NCBI GenBank assembly: GCA_045544795.1
Contig: JAZPZR010000017.1
Location: 1 to 34,285, forward strand
From: Eubacteriales bacterium
Lineage (GTDB): Bacteria > Bacillota > Clostridia > Oscillospirales > QAKW01
Direction: 5' to 3'
Length of the DNA: 34,285 bases
Shown here: piece after piece, positions 16,982-26,580 of the stretch
Numbering within the stretch: the stretch's first letter is position 1
Layout of the letters: each line of letters begins with the position of its first letter
Made by a program: the position numbers and the translations under genes
The notes under the pieces: model-generated
What the model saw: only the letters and a program-made list of their open reading frames with translations
Databases searched by the model: none
What the model was told of the DNA's origin: nothing

Positions 16982-17788
16982 ATGAAAATCAACGCTCTGG
17001 CGCACGCATCCATCAATCAGCTTGCAGTTGTCGACCTTCGCATTGAGCCATGTCACGTTGCTGCATGCCACAGATTTGAAATGAAGCCCGTACCTATAGA
17101 CAGGTTTGTCTATATAACCGAAGGAACGGCGGTTTTTTCCTTTGGCAACGAAACGCTCTGCGCAGGCAAAAACGATATGGTCTATCTGCCCTGTGATACC
17201 GCCTACCGTTCCAAGTGGCAGGAAAATGCCGATTTTATGGTGATAGACCTTCTGCTTCACGATGCGGACGCAAAGCCGATCCGTTTTGACGACAGGGCGG
17301 GTGTTTTATTTTGCGACAGACACGGCACCTACCGCGGACTTTTGGAGGAACTTGCATCAAAAGCAAAAGCATCGGGGCCTTTCGACTGGCTTGAAAGACT
17401 GTCGCTTTCATTTAAGCTTTTATATGAAATGGCAAGGGATACCAACCGCACACAGCTTGATGAAAACAGCCGTAAGATAAAGGCGGGACTTTCATATCTC
17501 ACACATAATTTCGCGCTTGATTTTCCCATTGAACAGCTTGCAAAAATGTGCGGTATGTCCGAAGGCAGCTTTCGCAGGATATTTTCCGAATGTATGGGAA
17601 TGTCACCTGTGGAATACCGCAACAGACTGCGTATAAACCGCGCAACAGAGCTTCTTAAAACGGGGGAGTACACGGTGAGCGAGACGGCGGATGCCGTGGG
17701 AATTCATGATATAAAATATTTCAGTAAACTTTTTAAAAAATACGCGGGCGTCACCCCGCGCGCGATAAGAAAAGCGGGCGGAGAGTGA
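16982..17788 (+). CDS. AraC-family transcriptional regulator
   Basis: Cupin N-domain; HTH LAKMCGMSEGSFRRIF..SPVEY..YFSKLFKK..GVTP; RBS GAGGTG. Confidence 0.9.
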   Translation: MKINALAHASINQLAVVDLRIEPCHVAACHRFEMKPVPIDRFVYITEGTAVFSFGNETLCAGKNDMVYLPCDTAYRSKWQENADFMVIDLLLHDADAKPIRFDDRAGVLFCDRHGTYRGLLEELASKAKASGPFDWLERLSLSFKLLYEMARDTNRTQLDENSRKIKAGLSYLTHNFALDFPIEQLAKMCGMSEGSFRRIFSECMGMSPVEYRNRLRINRATELLKTGEYTVSETADAVGIHDIKYFSKLFKKYAGVTPRAIRKAGGE

Positions 17789-17879
17789 TCTCACCGTATA
17801 ATTTCGGCTAATTATCGTATAATTTTGGTTGAAAAAGGCAATTTTCTTCCTATTTTCTTTTTTAACAAATATAATGTGC

Positions 17880-17908
17880 TTGCTTTTTTGGACAAGACAT
17901 GGTATAGT
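17880..17908 (+). promoter_or_regulatory. Putative sigma-A promoter of the rfb cluster
   Basis: TTGCTT-17 nt-TATAGT with extended TG. Confidence 0.6.
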
Positions 17909-17962
17909 AAGATTGATTAAATTAACATTTAATATTATTTTATCACAGGGGAACAGGAAATT

Positions 17963-18745
17963 ATGAAAGTTGTAATTCTGGCAGGCGGCTTCGGCACCCG
18001 TATAAGTGAAGAATCACAGTTTAAGCCAAAGCCAATGATAGAAATCGGCGGAAAGCCTATTCTCTGGCATATAATGAAGCAATATGCTTATTACGGATTT
18101 AACGAGTTCGTCATATGTGCAGGATATAAACAGCACGTCATCAAAGAGTGGTTTGCCGATTACTTTTTGCACAACAGTGACATCACCTTTGACTTTACAA
18201 ACGGCACCAATGATATGATAATTCACAATCAGCACTGCGAACCGTGGAAGGTCACCGTTGTTGACACAGGTCTTAACACCATGACAGGCGGCAGGATCAA
18301 GCGTATAAAGCGTTATATCGGTGACGAGCCGTTTATGATGACCTACGGTGACGCCGTATGCGACGTTGATATTGCCAAGCTTGTAAAATTCCATAAGGAG
18401 CACGGTAAGATCGCAACGCTTACCGCTGTAACGCTTGCACAGGAAAAAGGTGTTCTTGACATTGACGAGGACAACTCGGTAAGAGCGTTCCGTGAGAAAA
18501 ACAAGCATGACGGCGCGCGTATCAACGCGGGCTATATGGTTCTTGAGCCTGAGATATTTGATTATATCAAGGGTGACAGCACCGTATTTGAAAAATCACC
18601 TCTCACAAGCCTTGTAGAAAAGGGTGAGCTTATGTCGTACATGCACAAGGGCTTCTGGCAGTGCATGGATACTAAGCGTGAGAAGGAAATGCTTGAGGAT
18701 TATCTTGAAAAAGGAACTGCCCCTTGGAAAAAGTGGGAAGATTAA
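17963..18745 (+). CDS. rfbF: Glucose-1-phosphate cytidylyltransferase
   Basis: LAGGFGTRISEES..KPKPMIEIGG, TMTGGR, TYGD, GFWQCMDT, APW. Confidence 0.95.
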   Translation: MKVVILAGGFGTRISEESQFKPKPMIEIGGKPILWHIMKQYAYYGFNEFVICAGYKQHVIKEWFADYFLHNSDITFDFTNGTNDMIIHNQHCEPWKVTVVDTGLNTMTGGRIKRIKRYIGDEPFMMTYGDAVCDVDIAKLVKFHKEHGKIATLTAVTLAQEKGVLDIDEDNSVRAFREKNKHDGARINAGYMVLEPEIFDYIKGDSTVFEKSPLTSLVEKGELMSYMHKGFWQCMDTKREKEMLEDYLEKGTAPWKKWED

Positions 18746-18751
18746 AAAATT

Positions 18752-19798
18752 ATGGATCTATCGTTTTATAAAAATAAAAAAGTATTTGTAACGGGTCACA
18801 CCGGCTTTAAGGGCACGTGGCTTTGCCGTATGCTCGTAGGCGCGGGCGCAATCGTTACAGGCTACAGTCTTGAGCCGCCCACAGACCCCAATCTGTTTTC
18901 CCTTGCGGGTCTTGAGGGTAAAATGACAAGCGTTATCGGTGATATCCGCGACCTCGCTTCGTTAAAGGCGGCATTTGATAAGGCTCGTCCCGAAATCGTG
19001 CTTCACCTTGCCGCGCAGCCTATCGTCCGCGACAGTTATAAGGATCCGCACTACACCTACGAAACAAACGTAATGGGTACTGTAAACATACTTGAATGTG
19101 TGCGTCTTTCCGACTGTGTCAAAAGCGTGCTTAACGTAACGACGGACAAGGTCTACCGCAACAACGAATGGTGCTGGGGTTACAGAGAAGACGAACAGCT
19201 CGACGGCTTTGACCCTTATTCAAATTCAAAAAGCTGCTCTGAGCTTGTTACACACAGCTATATAAACAGCTTTTTTACAGATAAGATCGCGGTATCTACC
19301 GCAAGAGCAGGTAACGTGATCGGCGGCGGCGATTTTGCCAACGACCGAATAATACCTGACTGTATACGCGCTATGGCAGACAAAAAGGTCATTGCCGTAC
19401 GCAACCCTTATTCCACACGTCCCTATCAGCACGTGCTTGAGCCGCTTTCGATGTATCTTATGATCGCGCAGAGGCAGTATGAGGACAAAAAGTACGCAGG
19501 CTTTTATAACGTCGGTCCTGACGACTGTGACTGTGTCACCACAGGTGAGCTTGTAGATCTTTTCTGCAAATACTGGGGCGAGGGCGCTTCGTGGGAAAAT
19601 CAGGCGGAGGCAAATGCGCCGCATGAGGCAAACTTCTTAAAGCTTGACTGCTCCAAGATCAAATCGGTATTCGGCTGGTCACCGCGCTGGCATATTGACG
19701 AGTGTATGGATATGACCTGCCGTTTCGGTAAGGTATGGCTTTCAGGCGGTGATATTCCTGCTGAAATGGACAGGGAGATCCAAGAGTTTTTGAAATAA
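18752..19798 (+). CDS. rfbG: CDP-glucose 4,6-dehydratase
   Basis: VTGHTGFKGTWL, HLAAQP, TTDKVY, DPYSNSK, RAGNVIGGGD, RPYQHVLEPL, HEA..LKLD. Confidence 0.95.
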   Translation: MDLSFYKNKKVFVTGHTGFKGTWLCRMLVGAGAIVTGYSLEPPTDPNLFSLAGLEGKMTSVIGDIRDLASLKAAFDKARPEIVLHLAAQPIVRDSYKDPHYTYETNVMGTVNILECVRLSDCVKSVLNVTTDKVYRNNEWCWGYREDEQLDGFDPYSNSKSCSELVTHSYINSFFTDKIAVSTARAGNVIGGGDFANDRIIPDCIRAMADKKVIAVRNPYSTRPYQHVLEPLSMYLMIAQRQYEDKKYAGFYNVGPDDCDCVTTGELVDLFCKYWGEGASWENQAEANAPHEANFLKLDCSKIKSVFGWSPRWHIDECMDMTCRFGKVWLSGGDIPAEMDREIQEFLK

Positions 19799-19809
19799 TT
19801 TCTGCATCG

Positions 19810-19844
19810 AAATCAAAGGGCAGTAATCATGCCCTTTGATTTTT
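19810..19844 (+). terminator. Terminator-like hairpin between rfbG and rfbH
   Basis: 13-bp stem AAATCAAAGGGCA / TGCCCTTTGATTT ending in a T run. Confidence 0.7.
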
Positions 19845-19926
19845 GTGCATTATATAATATAATTTTTCTCCGCAATTACGGGAAAAATAATATATACCAA
19901 TTCACTTAAACAGGGAGATTATTAAT

Positions 19927-21270
19927 ATGGCTATCTGGAAAAATGAACAAGAGGCTAGAGAGCAGATAAAAGCGCTCGTTGCTGAATATTATCATGATTT
20001 CAAAGAGAAAAAAGAGCCCTTCAAGGCAGGCGACCGTATCACCTACGCTTCGCGTGTATTTGACGAAAAGGAAATGTGCGCGCTCACTGATGCGACTCTT
20101 GATTTCTGGCTTACTACGGGTAGATTTGCAGACGAATTTGAAAAGAGCTTTGCCGAGTGGATAGGCGCTAAATACGCGCACCTGGTAAACAGCGGTTCAT
20201 CTGCAAACCTTATCGCGTTTATGACACTTACCGCACCCGAGCTCGGCGACCGTCAGGTAAAGCGCGGTGACGAGGTCATCACTGTTGCCTGCGGCTTCCC
20301 CACAACAGTAACGCCTGTTCTTCAGTACGGCGCAGTGCCTGTTTTTGTTGACGTTACCGTTCCGCAGTACAATATCGACGTAACACAGCTTGAGGCTGCG
20401 CTTTCAGACAAGACAAAGGCAGTCATGGTTGCACACACCCTCGGCAATCCCTTCGATCTCAAGGCTGTAAAGGAATTCTGTGACAAGCACGGACTCTGGC
20501 TTGTAGAGGACAACTGCGATGCGCTCGGTACACAGTACACCATCGACGGTGTTACCAGGTTCTCAGGCACCTGGGGTGATATCGGTACTTCAAGCTTCTA
20601 TCCTCCCCACCACATGACAATGGGCGAGGGCGGATGTGTATACACAAACAACGCTCAGCTCCACAGACTTATCCTCTCATATCGTGACTGGGGACGTGAC
20701 TGCATCTGTCCTTCAGGTATGGATAACTTCTGTAAGCACCGCTTTGACGGTCAGTACGGCGAGCTTCCGCAGGGCTACGACCACAAATACGTGTACAGCC
20801 ATTTCGGTTACAACTTAAAGGTTACCGACATGCAGGCTGCAGTAGGCTGCGAGCAGCTTAAGAAGTTTCCGTCATTTATCGAAAGACGCCGTCACAACTG
20901 GGACAGACTCCGCAAGGCGCTCGAATGTGTTGAGGATAAGATCATTCTTCCCGAGCCCGCAGAGAACAGCCGTCCTTCATGGTTTGGCTTCCTTATTTCA
21001 GTACGCGAGGGCTCAGGTCTTGACAGAAACGAGGTCACACGCTTTATTGAGGACAATAACGTTCAGACTCGTCTTCTCTTCTCAGGTAACCTTATCAAGC
21101 ACCCCTGCTTTGACCAGATAAGAGGAACTGACGCTTACCGTGTTGTCGGTGATCTTTCAGGCACTGACTTTATTATGAACAACACCTTCTGGGTAGGCGT
21201 ATATCCCGGCATGACAGACGAGATGATAGACCATATGGCAAAGGTCATCATTGAAGCTGTCAGCAAATGA
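19927..21270 (+). CDS. rfbH: CDP-4-keto-6-deoxyglucose 3-dehydrase (E1, DdhC; PMP and [2Fe-2S])
   Basis: NSGSSANL, EDNCDALG, SFYPPHHMTMGEGG (His in place of the aminotransferase Lys), DWGRDCIC....DNFC, YDHKY. Confidence 0.95.
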   Translation: MAIWKNEQEAREQIKALVAEYYHDFKEKKEPFKAGDRITYASRVFDEKEMCALTDATLDFWLTTGRFADEFEKSFAEWIGAKYAHLVNSGSSANLIAFMTLTAPELGDRQVKRGDEVITVACGFPTTVTPVLQYGAVPVFVDVTVPQYNIDVTQLEAALSDKTKAVMVAHTLGNPFDLKAVKEFCDKHGLWLVEDNCDALGTQYTIDGVTRFSGTWGDIGTSSFYPPHHMTMGEGGCVYTNNAQLHRLILSYRDWGRDCICPSGMDNFCKHRFDGQYGELPQGYDHKYVYSHFGYNLKVTDMQAAVGCEQLKKFPSFIERRRHNWDRLRKALECVEDKIILPEPAENSRPSWFGFLISVREGSGLDRNEVTRFIEDNNVQTRLLFSGNLIKHPCFDQIRGTDAYRVVGDLSGTDFIMNNTFWVGVYPGMTDEMIDHMAKVIIEAVSK

Positions 21271-22631
21271 AACGGGGCTTTGATCTGATCAATAAGATAA
21301 CACCCGTACGTCTTTTTTACGGCGCGCTTGCAATTTTGATTGCGCTGACGGTCATACAGCTTCCCGTTCAGGACGGAAAAGCGTTCTTTTCCCTGCTCCA
21401 CAGTGATAAAAACGATATTTTTATGGATTTTTTCAACAGCATCTACGATGCAGGCTTTGAAGATCCGTATGCAGAGCGCGGTGTGATATACCCGCCGCTT
21501 GCATATCTGTTTTACAGACTGTGCGGGTATCTGTTCCCGCAGGGCGCCGATGCGTTTTCGATGCGCAACTCACAGACGGGCATTGTCACGGCATGCGCTG
21601 TGACGGTATTTTCGGTTTTTATACTTTACAAGATTTTTCTGCCCGAAAAAGCCGATAATAAAGAAAGAAGAAAGGTGCTTGCCGTTTTACTTGCGACAGT
21701 ACCCTTCTGGTATACGTTTGAACGCGGTAATATAATTTTACCGACGCTCGTATTTCTTGCATACTTTGTACAGAATTACAAAAGCGAAAGCAGGATAAGG
21801 CGTGAGCTTGCGCTCATCAGCCTTGCAATTGCCGCCGCGCTTAAGATCTATCCCGCAATTTTCGGGATAATACTTATTACAGAAAAACGTTTTAAGGATG
21901 CACTGCGGTGCATCCTTTACGGAATAATACTGTTTTTTGTTCCGTTTCTGTTTTTCGGCGGTTTTTCATCACTCATTACCATGCTTGGCAATATCACGTC
22001 GACGGGGGTCGACATGTTCAGCCGCGGCACAGGCTACAAGGTCAATATCGACAATACGCTTCGGTTTATTTCCGAGGCGCTTCATATAAGTCCTGTCGGC
22101 GCCGACGCGGTCAAGGTAATATTTGCCCTTATCACAGCGTTTATATTCTTTTTTTCAAAAAAAGCATGGCAAAAATATATGGCGCTTTGCTCGGTGATGA
22201 TAATTTTTCCCGCCTTCAGCTATACATACACCCTTATTTTTATTGCGATTCCGTTTTTTGCATTTGTTTTTGATAAGCCAAAAACAAATACGAGAAACCT
22301 GACCTTCAGCCTGCTGTTTTTATGCATGCTCGCTCCCTTTCCGCTGGACGGTGAAAAGCTGTTTGACTCAGCGCCGCACAGCGTCTACTTATTAAATCTT
22401 ACGACTGTCATTTCAAGCATTGCAATTCTTACAATGCTTGTTGCGATATTATTGGATATGATTTATACTGCAAAACGCCCGCACACGCAAAACAAAACGT
22501 TTTCTTTAAAAGGCGGTGCCGTTTCTATGGCATATATAAAATTTGCAATTTTAGTTGCCATTATTGTAATTTTATTTATTGCAGGCTATCTGTACTGTGA
22601 CCGTCTTTACAATACAGCAGCCTCATTATAA
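21267..22631 (+). CDS. GT87/DUF2029-like multi-TM GT-C glycosyltransferase (lipid-phosphate-sugar donor)
   Basis: Many hydrophobic helices; DFFN, YPPL, ERGN and LKIYP motifs; ATGA overlap with rfbH. Confidence 0.75.
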   Translation: MKRGFDLINKITPVRLFYGALAILIALTVIQLPVQDGKAFFSLLHSDKNDIFMDFFNSIYDAGFEDPYAERGVIYPPLAYLFYRLCGYLFPQGADAFSMRNSQTGIVTACAVTVFSVFILYKIFLPEKADNKERRKVLAVLLATVPFWYTFERGNIILPTLVFLAYFVQNYKSESRIRRELALISLAIAAALKIYPAIFGIILITEKRFKDALRCILYGIILFFVPFLFFGGFSSLITMLGNITSTGVDMFSRGTGYKVNIDNTLRFISEALHISPVGADAVKVIFALITAFIFFFSKKAWQKYMALCSVMIIFPAFSYTYTLIFIAIPFFAFVFDKPKTNTRNLTFSLLFLCMLAPFPLDGEKLFDSAPHSVYLLNLTTVISSIAILTMLVAILLDMIYTAKRPHTQNKTFSLKGGAVSMAYIKFAILVAIIVILFIAGYLYCDRLYNTAASL

Positions 22632-22674
22632 TTGAGCTTTTCCCCAAAAATAACTTAAAAGATAGGAGAAACCC

Positions 22675-24507
22675 GTGAAAATAAGACTGGCAGATTATGT
22701 TGCAGACTTTTTAGTATCAAAAGGAGTTACCGACGTATTTTCAGTAGTCGGCGGCGGTGCAATGCATCTTAACGACGCACTCGGCCACAACGAAAATCTT
22801 AAGGTTACCTATAACCATCATGAGCAGGCATGTGCTATCGCTGCCGAAGCATATGCAAGACTTGACAATAAAATTGCGGCGGTTTGTGTCACCACAGGCC
22901 CCGGAGGCACCAACGCGCTTACAGGTGTCGTAGGCGGCTGGCTCGACTCTATTCCCATGTTCGTCATCAGCGGTCAGGTAAGATATGACACAACTGCGCG
23001 CTATGCGCTTTCATACACCGAGACACCGCTTCGCGCAATGGGTGATCAGGAGTACGACATTGTAAAATCTGTTGAGCATATGACAAAATATGCCACAATG
23101 ATAGAAGACCCCAAGGATATCCGTTACGCGCTTGAAAAGGGCTGGCACCTTGCTACAACGGGCAGACCCGGTCCCGTCTGGATAGACATTCCCGTAAACT
23201 TCCAGGGCGGATATATCGAAACTGACGAGCTTTACGGCTACGACCCGACAGAAGACGACAAGCTTTTGCCCCCGCCCGTTGAGGACAGCGTTATCGACTC
23301 GGTCATCGGGCAGATAAAGGCGGCAAAGCGCCCTGTTTTCCACGCAGGCTACGGCATCCGTCTCTCAGGCGCATACGACACCTTCAGAGAGGTTGCCAAG
23401 AAACTGAATATCCCGATAGTTACCTATTGGAACGCAGTCGACCTTATCGAAGACGAAAACCCGCTTTACTGCGGAAGAGCAGGTAACATGGGCGACCGCG
23501 CGGGCAACTTTGCTATACAGAACGCAGACCTTATCCTTGCGATAGGCACACGAATCTCTATCCGTCAGGTAGGCTATAACTGGCAGACCTGGGCGCGCGA
23601 GGCAAAGGTCATCATGGTCGACATCGATAAAGCTGAGCTTAAAAAGCCTACGCTTCACGTTGAGATGCCTGTCTGGGCTGATGCAAAGGACTTTCTTGAA
23701 AAGCTCAATAAAAAAGCAGAAGGACCTCTCTTTAACGATTCGCTCTGGCTTGACACCTGCGCACGTTGGAAGCGCGAATATCCCGTTGTCCGTGACGATC
23801 AGTGGCAGGAGAACGGCACTACCGCAAACGTGTACGCATTTGTACGCTATCTCAGCTCACGTCTTCCCGAAAACAGCCTTACCGCTGTATCAAACGGCGC
23901 GTGCTGTGTTGTCGGCAACCAGGCGTACGTTATCCAGAAGGGCAGCCGTATGGCAAACAACAGCGCTATCGCAAGCATGGGCTACGGTCTTCCCGCTGCG
24001 ATAGGTACATGTATCGGCGGCGGCAGAAAAGAAACCATCTGTCTTGAAGGTGACGGCAGTATCATGATGAACCTTCAGGAGCTTCAGACGATTCTTACAA
24101 ACAAGCTTCCTATAAAAATATTCCTTATAAATAACGGCGGTTATCATTCCATCCGCATAACACAGACAAATCTGTTTTCAAATCATTGTAAGGTAGGCAT
24201 CGGTGAGGAGTCGGGCGACCTCTCCTTCCCGCAGTTTGAACTGCTTGCAAAAGCATTCGGCTATCCCTACTACAGCGCAAAGAGCAACGCGGAAATGAAG
24301 TCTGTTGTTGACACGGTGCTCTCGCTTGACGGTCCTGTTTTCTGTGAGATATTCACAGACACCGTACAGGTATGGGAGCCCAAGAGCTCGACCAAGCGTC
24401 TTGCAGACGGAACACTCGTTTCTCCGCCTCTTGAAGACCTTGCGCCCTTCTTACCGAGGGAAGAGCTTAAAAAGCAGATGTTTATTCCTATGATCTCAGA
24501 AGAATAG
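22675..24507 (+). CDS. ThDP-dependent acetolactate-synthase-like enzyme (YerE-like carboligase by context)
   Basis: HHEQ..A.AAEAY, TTGPGGTN, GRPGPVWIDIP, SMGYGLPAAIG, GDGS...NN ThDP motif; GTG start with AGGAG; embedded in a CDP-deoxysugar cluster. Confidence 0.85.
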   Translation: MKIRLADYVADFLVSKGVTDVFSVVGGGAMHLNDALGHNENLKVTYNHHEQACAIAAEAYARLDNKIAAVCVTTGPGGTNALTGVVGGWLDSIPMFVISGQVRYDTTARYALSYTETPLRAMGDQEYDIVKSVEHMTKYATMIEDPKDIRYALEKGWHLATTGRPGPVWIDIPVNFQGGYIETDELYGYDPTEDDKLLPPPVEDSVIDSVIGQIKAAKRPVFHAGYGIRLSGAYDTFREVAKKLNIPIVTYWNAVDLIEDENPLYCGRAGNMGDRAGNFAIQNADLILAIGTRISIRQVGYNWQTWAREAKVIMVDIDKAELKKPTLHVEMPVWADAKDFLEKLNKKAEGPLFNDSLWLDTCARWKREYPVVRDDQWQENGTTANVYAFVRYLSSRLPENSLTAVSNGACCVVGNQAYVIQKGSRMANNSAIASMGYGLPAAIGTCIGGGRKETICLEGDGSIMMNLQELQTILTNKLPIKIFLINNGGYHSIRITQTNLFSNHCKVGIGEESGDLSFPQFELLAKAFGYPYYSAKSNAEMKSVVDTVLSLDGPVFCEIFTDTVQVWEPKSSTKRLADGTLVSPPLEDLAPFLPREELKKQMFIPMISEE

Positions 24508-24520
24508 ATTGGAGACTTGT

Positions 24521-25450
24521 ATGTCTTTAAGACAAATCAAAAAAGCAGTTGTAACAGGCCCTACAGGCGCTATCGGTATTGCGCTCTGTAACGAGCTTGC
24601 GTCAAACGGCATCGAGGTTATTGCAGTATGCCGCGAAGGCTCGGCAAGGGCTGATTCGTTGCCGGACCACCCGCTGATAACAAAGGTGTTTTGTGATATC
24701 AGCCGTCTTGAAAACTTAAAAGAGCTTGTAGTACGCGCCGATGCATTTTTCCATCTTGCGTGGGCACATACGATAGGCGAGGGAAGAAACGACATGAGCG
24801 CGCAGATCGCCAACATGCAGTACACTATTGATGCGGTGCGTGTGGCAAGTGCGCTGTCCTGCTCAGTCTTTGTCGGCACAGGCTCTCAGGCTGAATTCGG
24901 CAGAGTCGACGGTGTTATAACGCCTGCCACCCCCTGTTTTCCCGAAAACGGCTACGGTATTGCAAAATATTCTGCAGGCAGAATGGCAAGAATAGAATGT
25001 GAAAAGCTTGGTCTTGACTTTGAATGGGTGAGGATATTCAGCGTTTACGGTCCGCACGACGGTCCGCTTACAATGGTGTCATCGGTAATAACAAAGCTTT
25101 TAAAAGGCGAAAAGCCGTCACTTACCGCAGGCATTCAGCTGTGGGACTATCTCTATTCGGGTGATGCGGCGCGTGCGCTCATGCTTGTGGCACAAAAAGG
25201 TGTGCACGGCAAGACCTATCTTGTTGCAAACGGTCAGTCGCGCAAGCTTTGCGAATATATTTATATTATCCGCGACAGCATTGACAAGGATCTGCCGCTC
25301 GGAATCGGGGATATACCCTATCCCGACGGTAAGATAATAAATCTTCAGGCGGATATTTCAGAGCTTTGCGAAGATACAGGCTTTAAGCCGCTTACCGATT
25401 TCAGATCGGGAATTGCAAAAACCATTGATCATATCAGGGGGACTTTATAA
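24521..25450 (+). CDS. NAD(P)-dependent sugar epimerase/reductase (extended SDR)
   Basis: VTGPTGAIG, HLAW, GSQAE, YGIAK, R.FSVYGP; RBS GGAG. Confidence 0.85.
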   Translation: MSLRQIKKAVVTGPTGAIGIALCNELASNGIEVIAVCREGSARADSLPDHPLITKVFCDISRLENLKELVVRADAFFHLAWAHTIGEGRNDMSAQIANMQYTIDAVRVASALSCSVFVGTGSQAEFGRVDGVITPATPCFPENGYGIAKYSAGRMARIECEKLGLDFEWVRIFSVYGPHDGPLTMVSSVITKLLKGEKPSLTAGIQLWDYLYSGDAARALMLVAQKGVHGKTYLVANGQSRKLCEYIYIIRDSIDKDLPLGIGDIPYPDGKIINLQADISELCEDTGFKPLTDFRSGIAKTIDHIRGTL

Positions 25451-26385
25451 TGGCTAAAACGATATCTGTAATGATTCCTTGCTACAACGAGGAAGAAAAC
25501 GCGCGACCCATTTACGAGGCGGTACGCGATGAGCTTAAAAAAAACTGCAGTGACTATAATTATGAGATCCTGTTTATCGACAATAAATCAACAGACAGAA
25601 CCCGCGAGATAATCAGAGAGATCTGTAATGAGGATAAAAACGTAAAGGCGATATTAAACTCAAAGAACTTCGGTCAGTTTAACAGCCCCTATTACGGCAT
25701 TATCAACACGACAGGCGACTGCACTATCACCATCTGCGCTGATTTTCAGGATCCTGTTGAAATGATCCCGCAGTTTGTTGCCGAATGGGAAAAGGGTTAT
25801 AAAATAGTTATCGGTAAAAAGACACGCAGTAAGGAAAGTAAGATAATGTACTTCCTTCGCGGCTGCTATTATAAGATCATCCGTAAAATGAGCAGTGTTG
25901 AGATGATCGAGCAGTTTACAGGCTTCGGTCTTTATGACAAAAGCTTTGTAAAAACACTCAGAGAGCTTGGTGACCCGACCCCCTTTATCCGCGGTATCGT
26001 GGCAGAGCTTGGTCCTGAGCGTAAAGAAATTGAGTATGAACAGCCTCAGCGCCGCGCCGGTAAAACGCACAACAACTTTGCAAGCCTTTACGATGCGGCA
26101 ATGCTGTCTTTTACAAGCTACACCAAAACGGGTATGCGCGTTGCAACCTTCCTCGGCGTATTCTTTGCTATGCTCAGCATAATTGCAGGCATCGGACTCG
26201 GAATTGCAAAGCTCATACTGTGGAACAGCTTTTCACTCGGTCAGCTTCCCGTTATACTGGCTATATTCTTTATAGGCGGTATTCAGCTTGGATTTATGGG
26301 ATTTTTGGGCGAGTATATCCTGACAATGAACACACGTATCATGAACAGACCTCTTGTAATCGAGGAAGAGCGCCTGAATTTTTAA
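25450..26385 (+). CDS. GT2 polyprenol-phosphate glycosyltransferase (GtrB/DPM1-like)
   Basis: IPCYNEE, IDNKSTD, NFGQ, ADFQDP, R.AGK, two C-terminal TM helices followed by GEY...RP. Confidence 0.9.
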   Translation: MAKTISVMIPCYNEEENARPIYEAVRDELKKNCSDYNYEILFIDNKSTDRTREIIREICNEDKNVKAILNSKNFGQFNSPYYGIINTTGDCTITICADFQDPVEMIPQFVAEWEKGYKIVIGKKTRSKESKIMYFLRGCYYKIIRKMSSVEMIEQFTGFGLYDKSFVKTLRELGDPTPFIRGIVAELGPERKEIEYEQPQRRAGKTHNNFASLYDAAMLSFTSYTKTGMRVATFLGVFFAMLSIIAGIGLGIAKLILWNSFSLGQLPVILAIFFIGGIQLGFMGFLGEYILTMNTRIMNRPLVIEEERLNF

Positions 26386-26402
26386 TACATACTGAAAATA
26401 TT

Positions 26403-26432
26403 GCGGAAGAAGGTCACTTCTTCCGCTTTTTT
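26403..26432 (+). terminator. Intrinsic terminator
   Basis: GCGGAAGAAG-GTCA-CTTCTTCCGC followed by T6. Confidence 0.9.
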
Positions 26433-26519
26433 GTAATAGTTTAACGGGGATGAGATGAAAACAAGATATTAACACCTCACCGTGAAACCATAATTTAAAT
26501 ACAGACTCCTCGCTTTTTG

Positions 26520-26548
26520 TTTACTTTTTAATTGTAACATAGTATAAT
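26520..26548 (+). promoter_or_regulatory. Sigma-A promoter, homologous to the mscS promoter
   Basis: TTTACT-17 nt-TATAAT; 23/29 identical to 30908..30936. Confidence 0.65.
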
Positions 26549-26580
26549 AAAGCTATTAAACCTAAGGGAGAGATAATAAC

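Noticed and set aside
22675-24507. Housekeeping ilvB
   Set aside because: No ilvN/ilvC neighbours; embedded in a CDP-deoxysugar cluster
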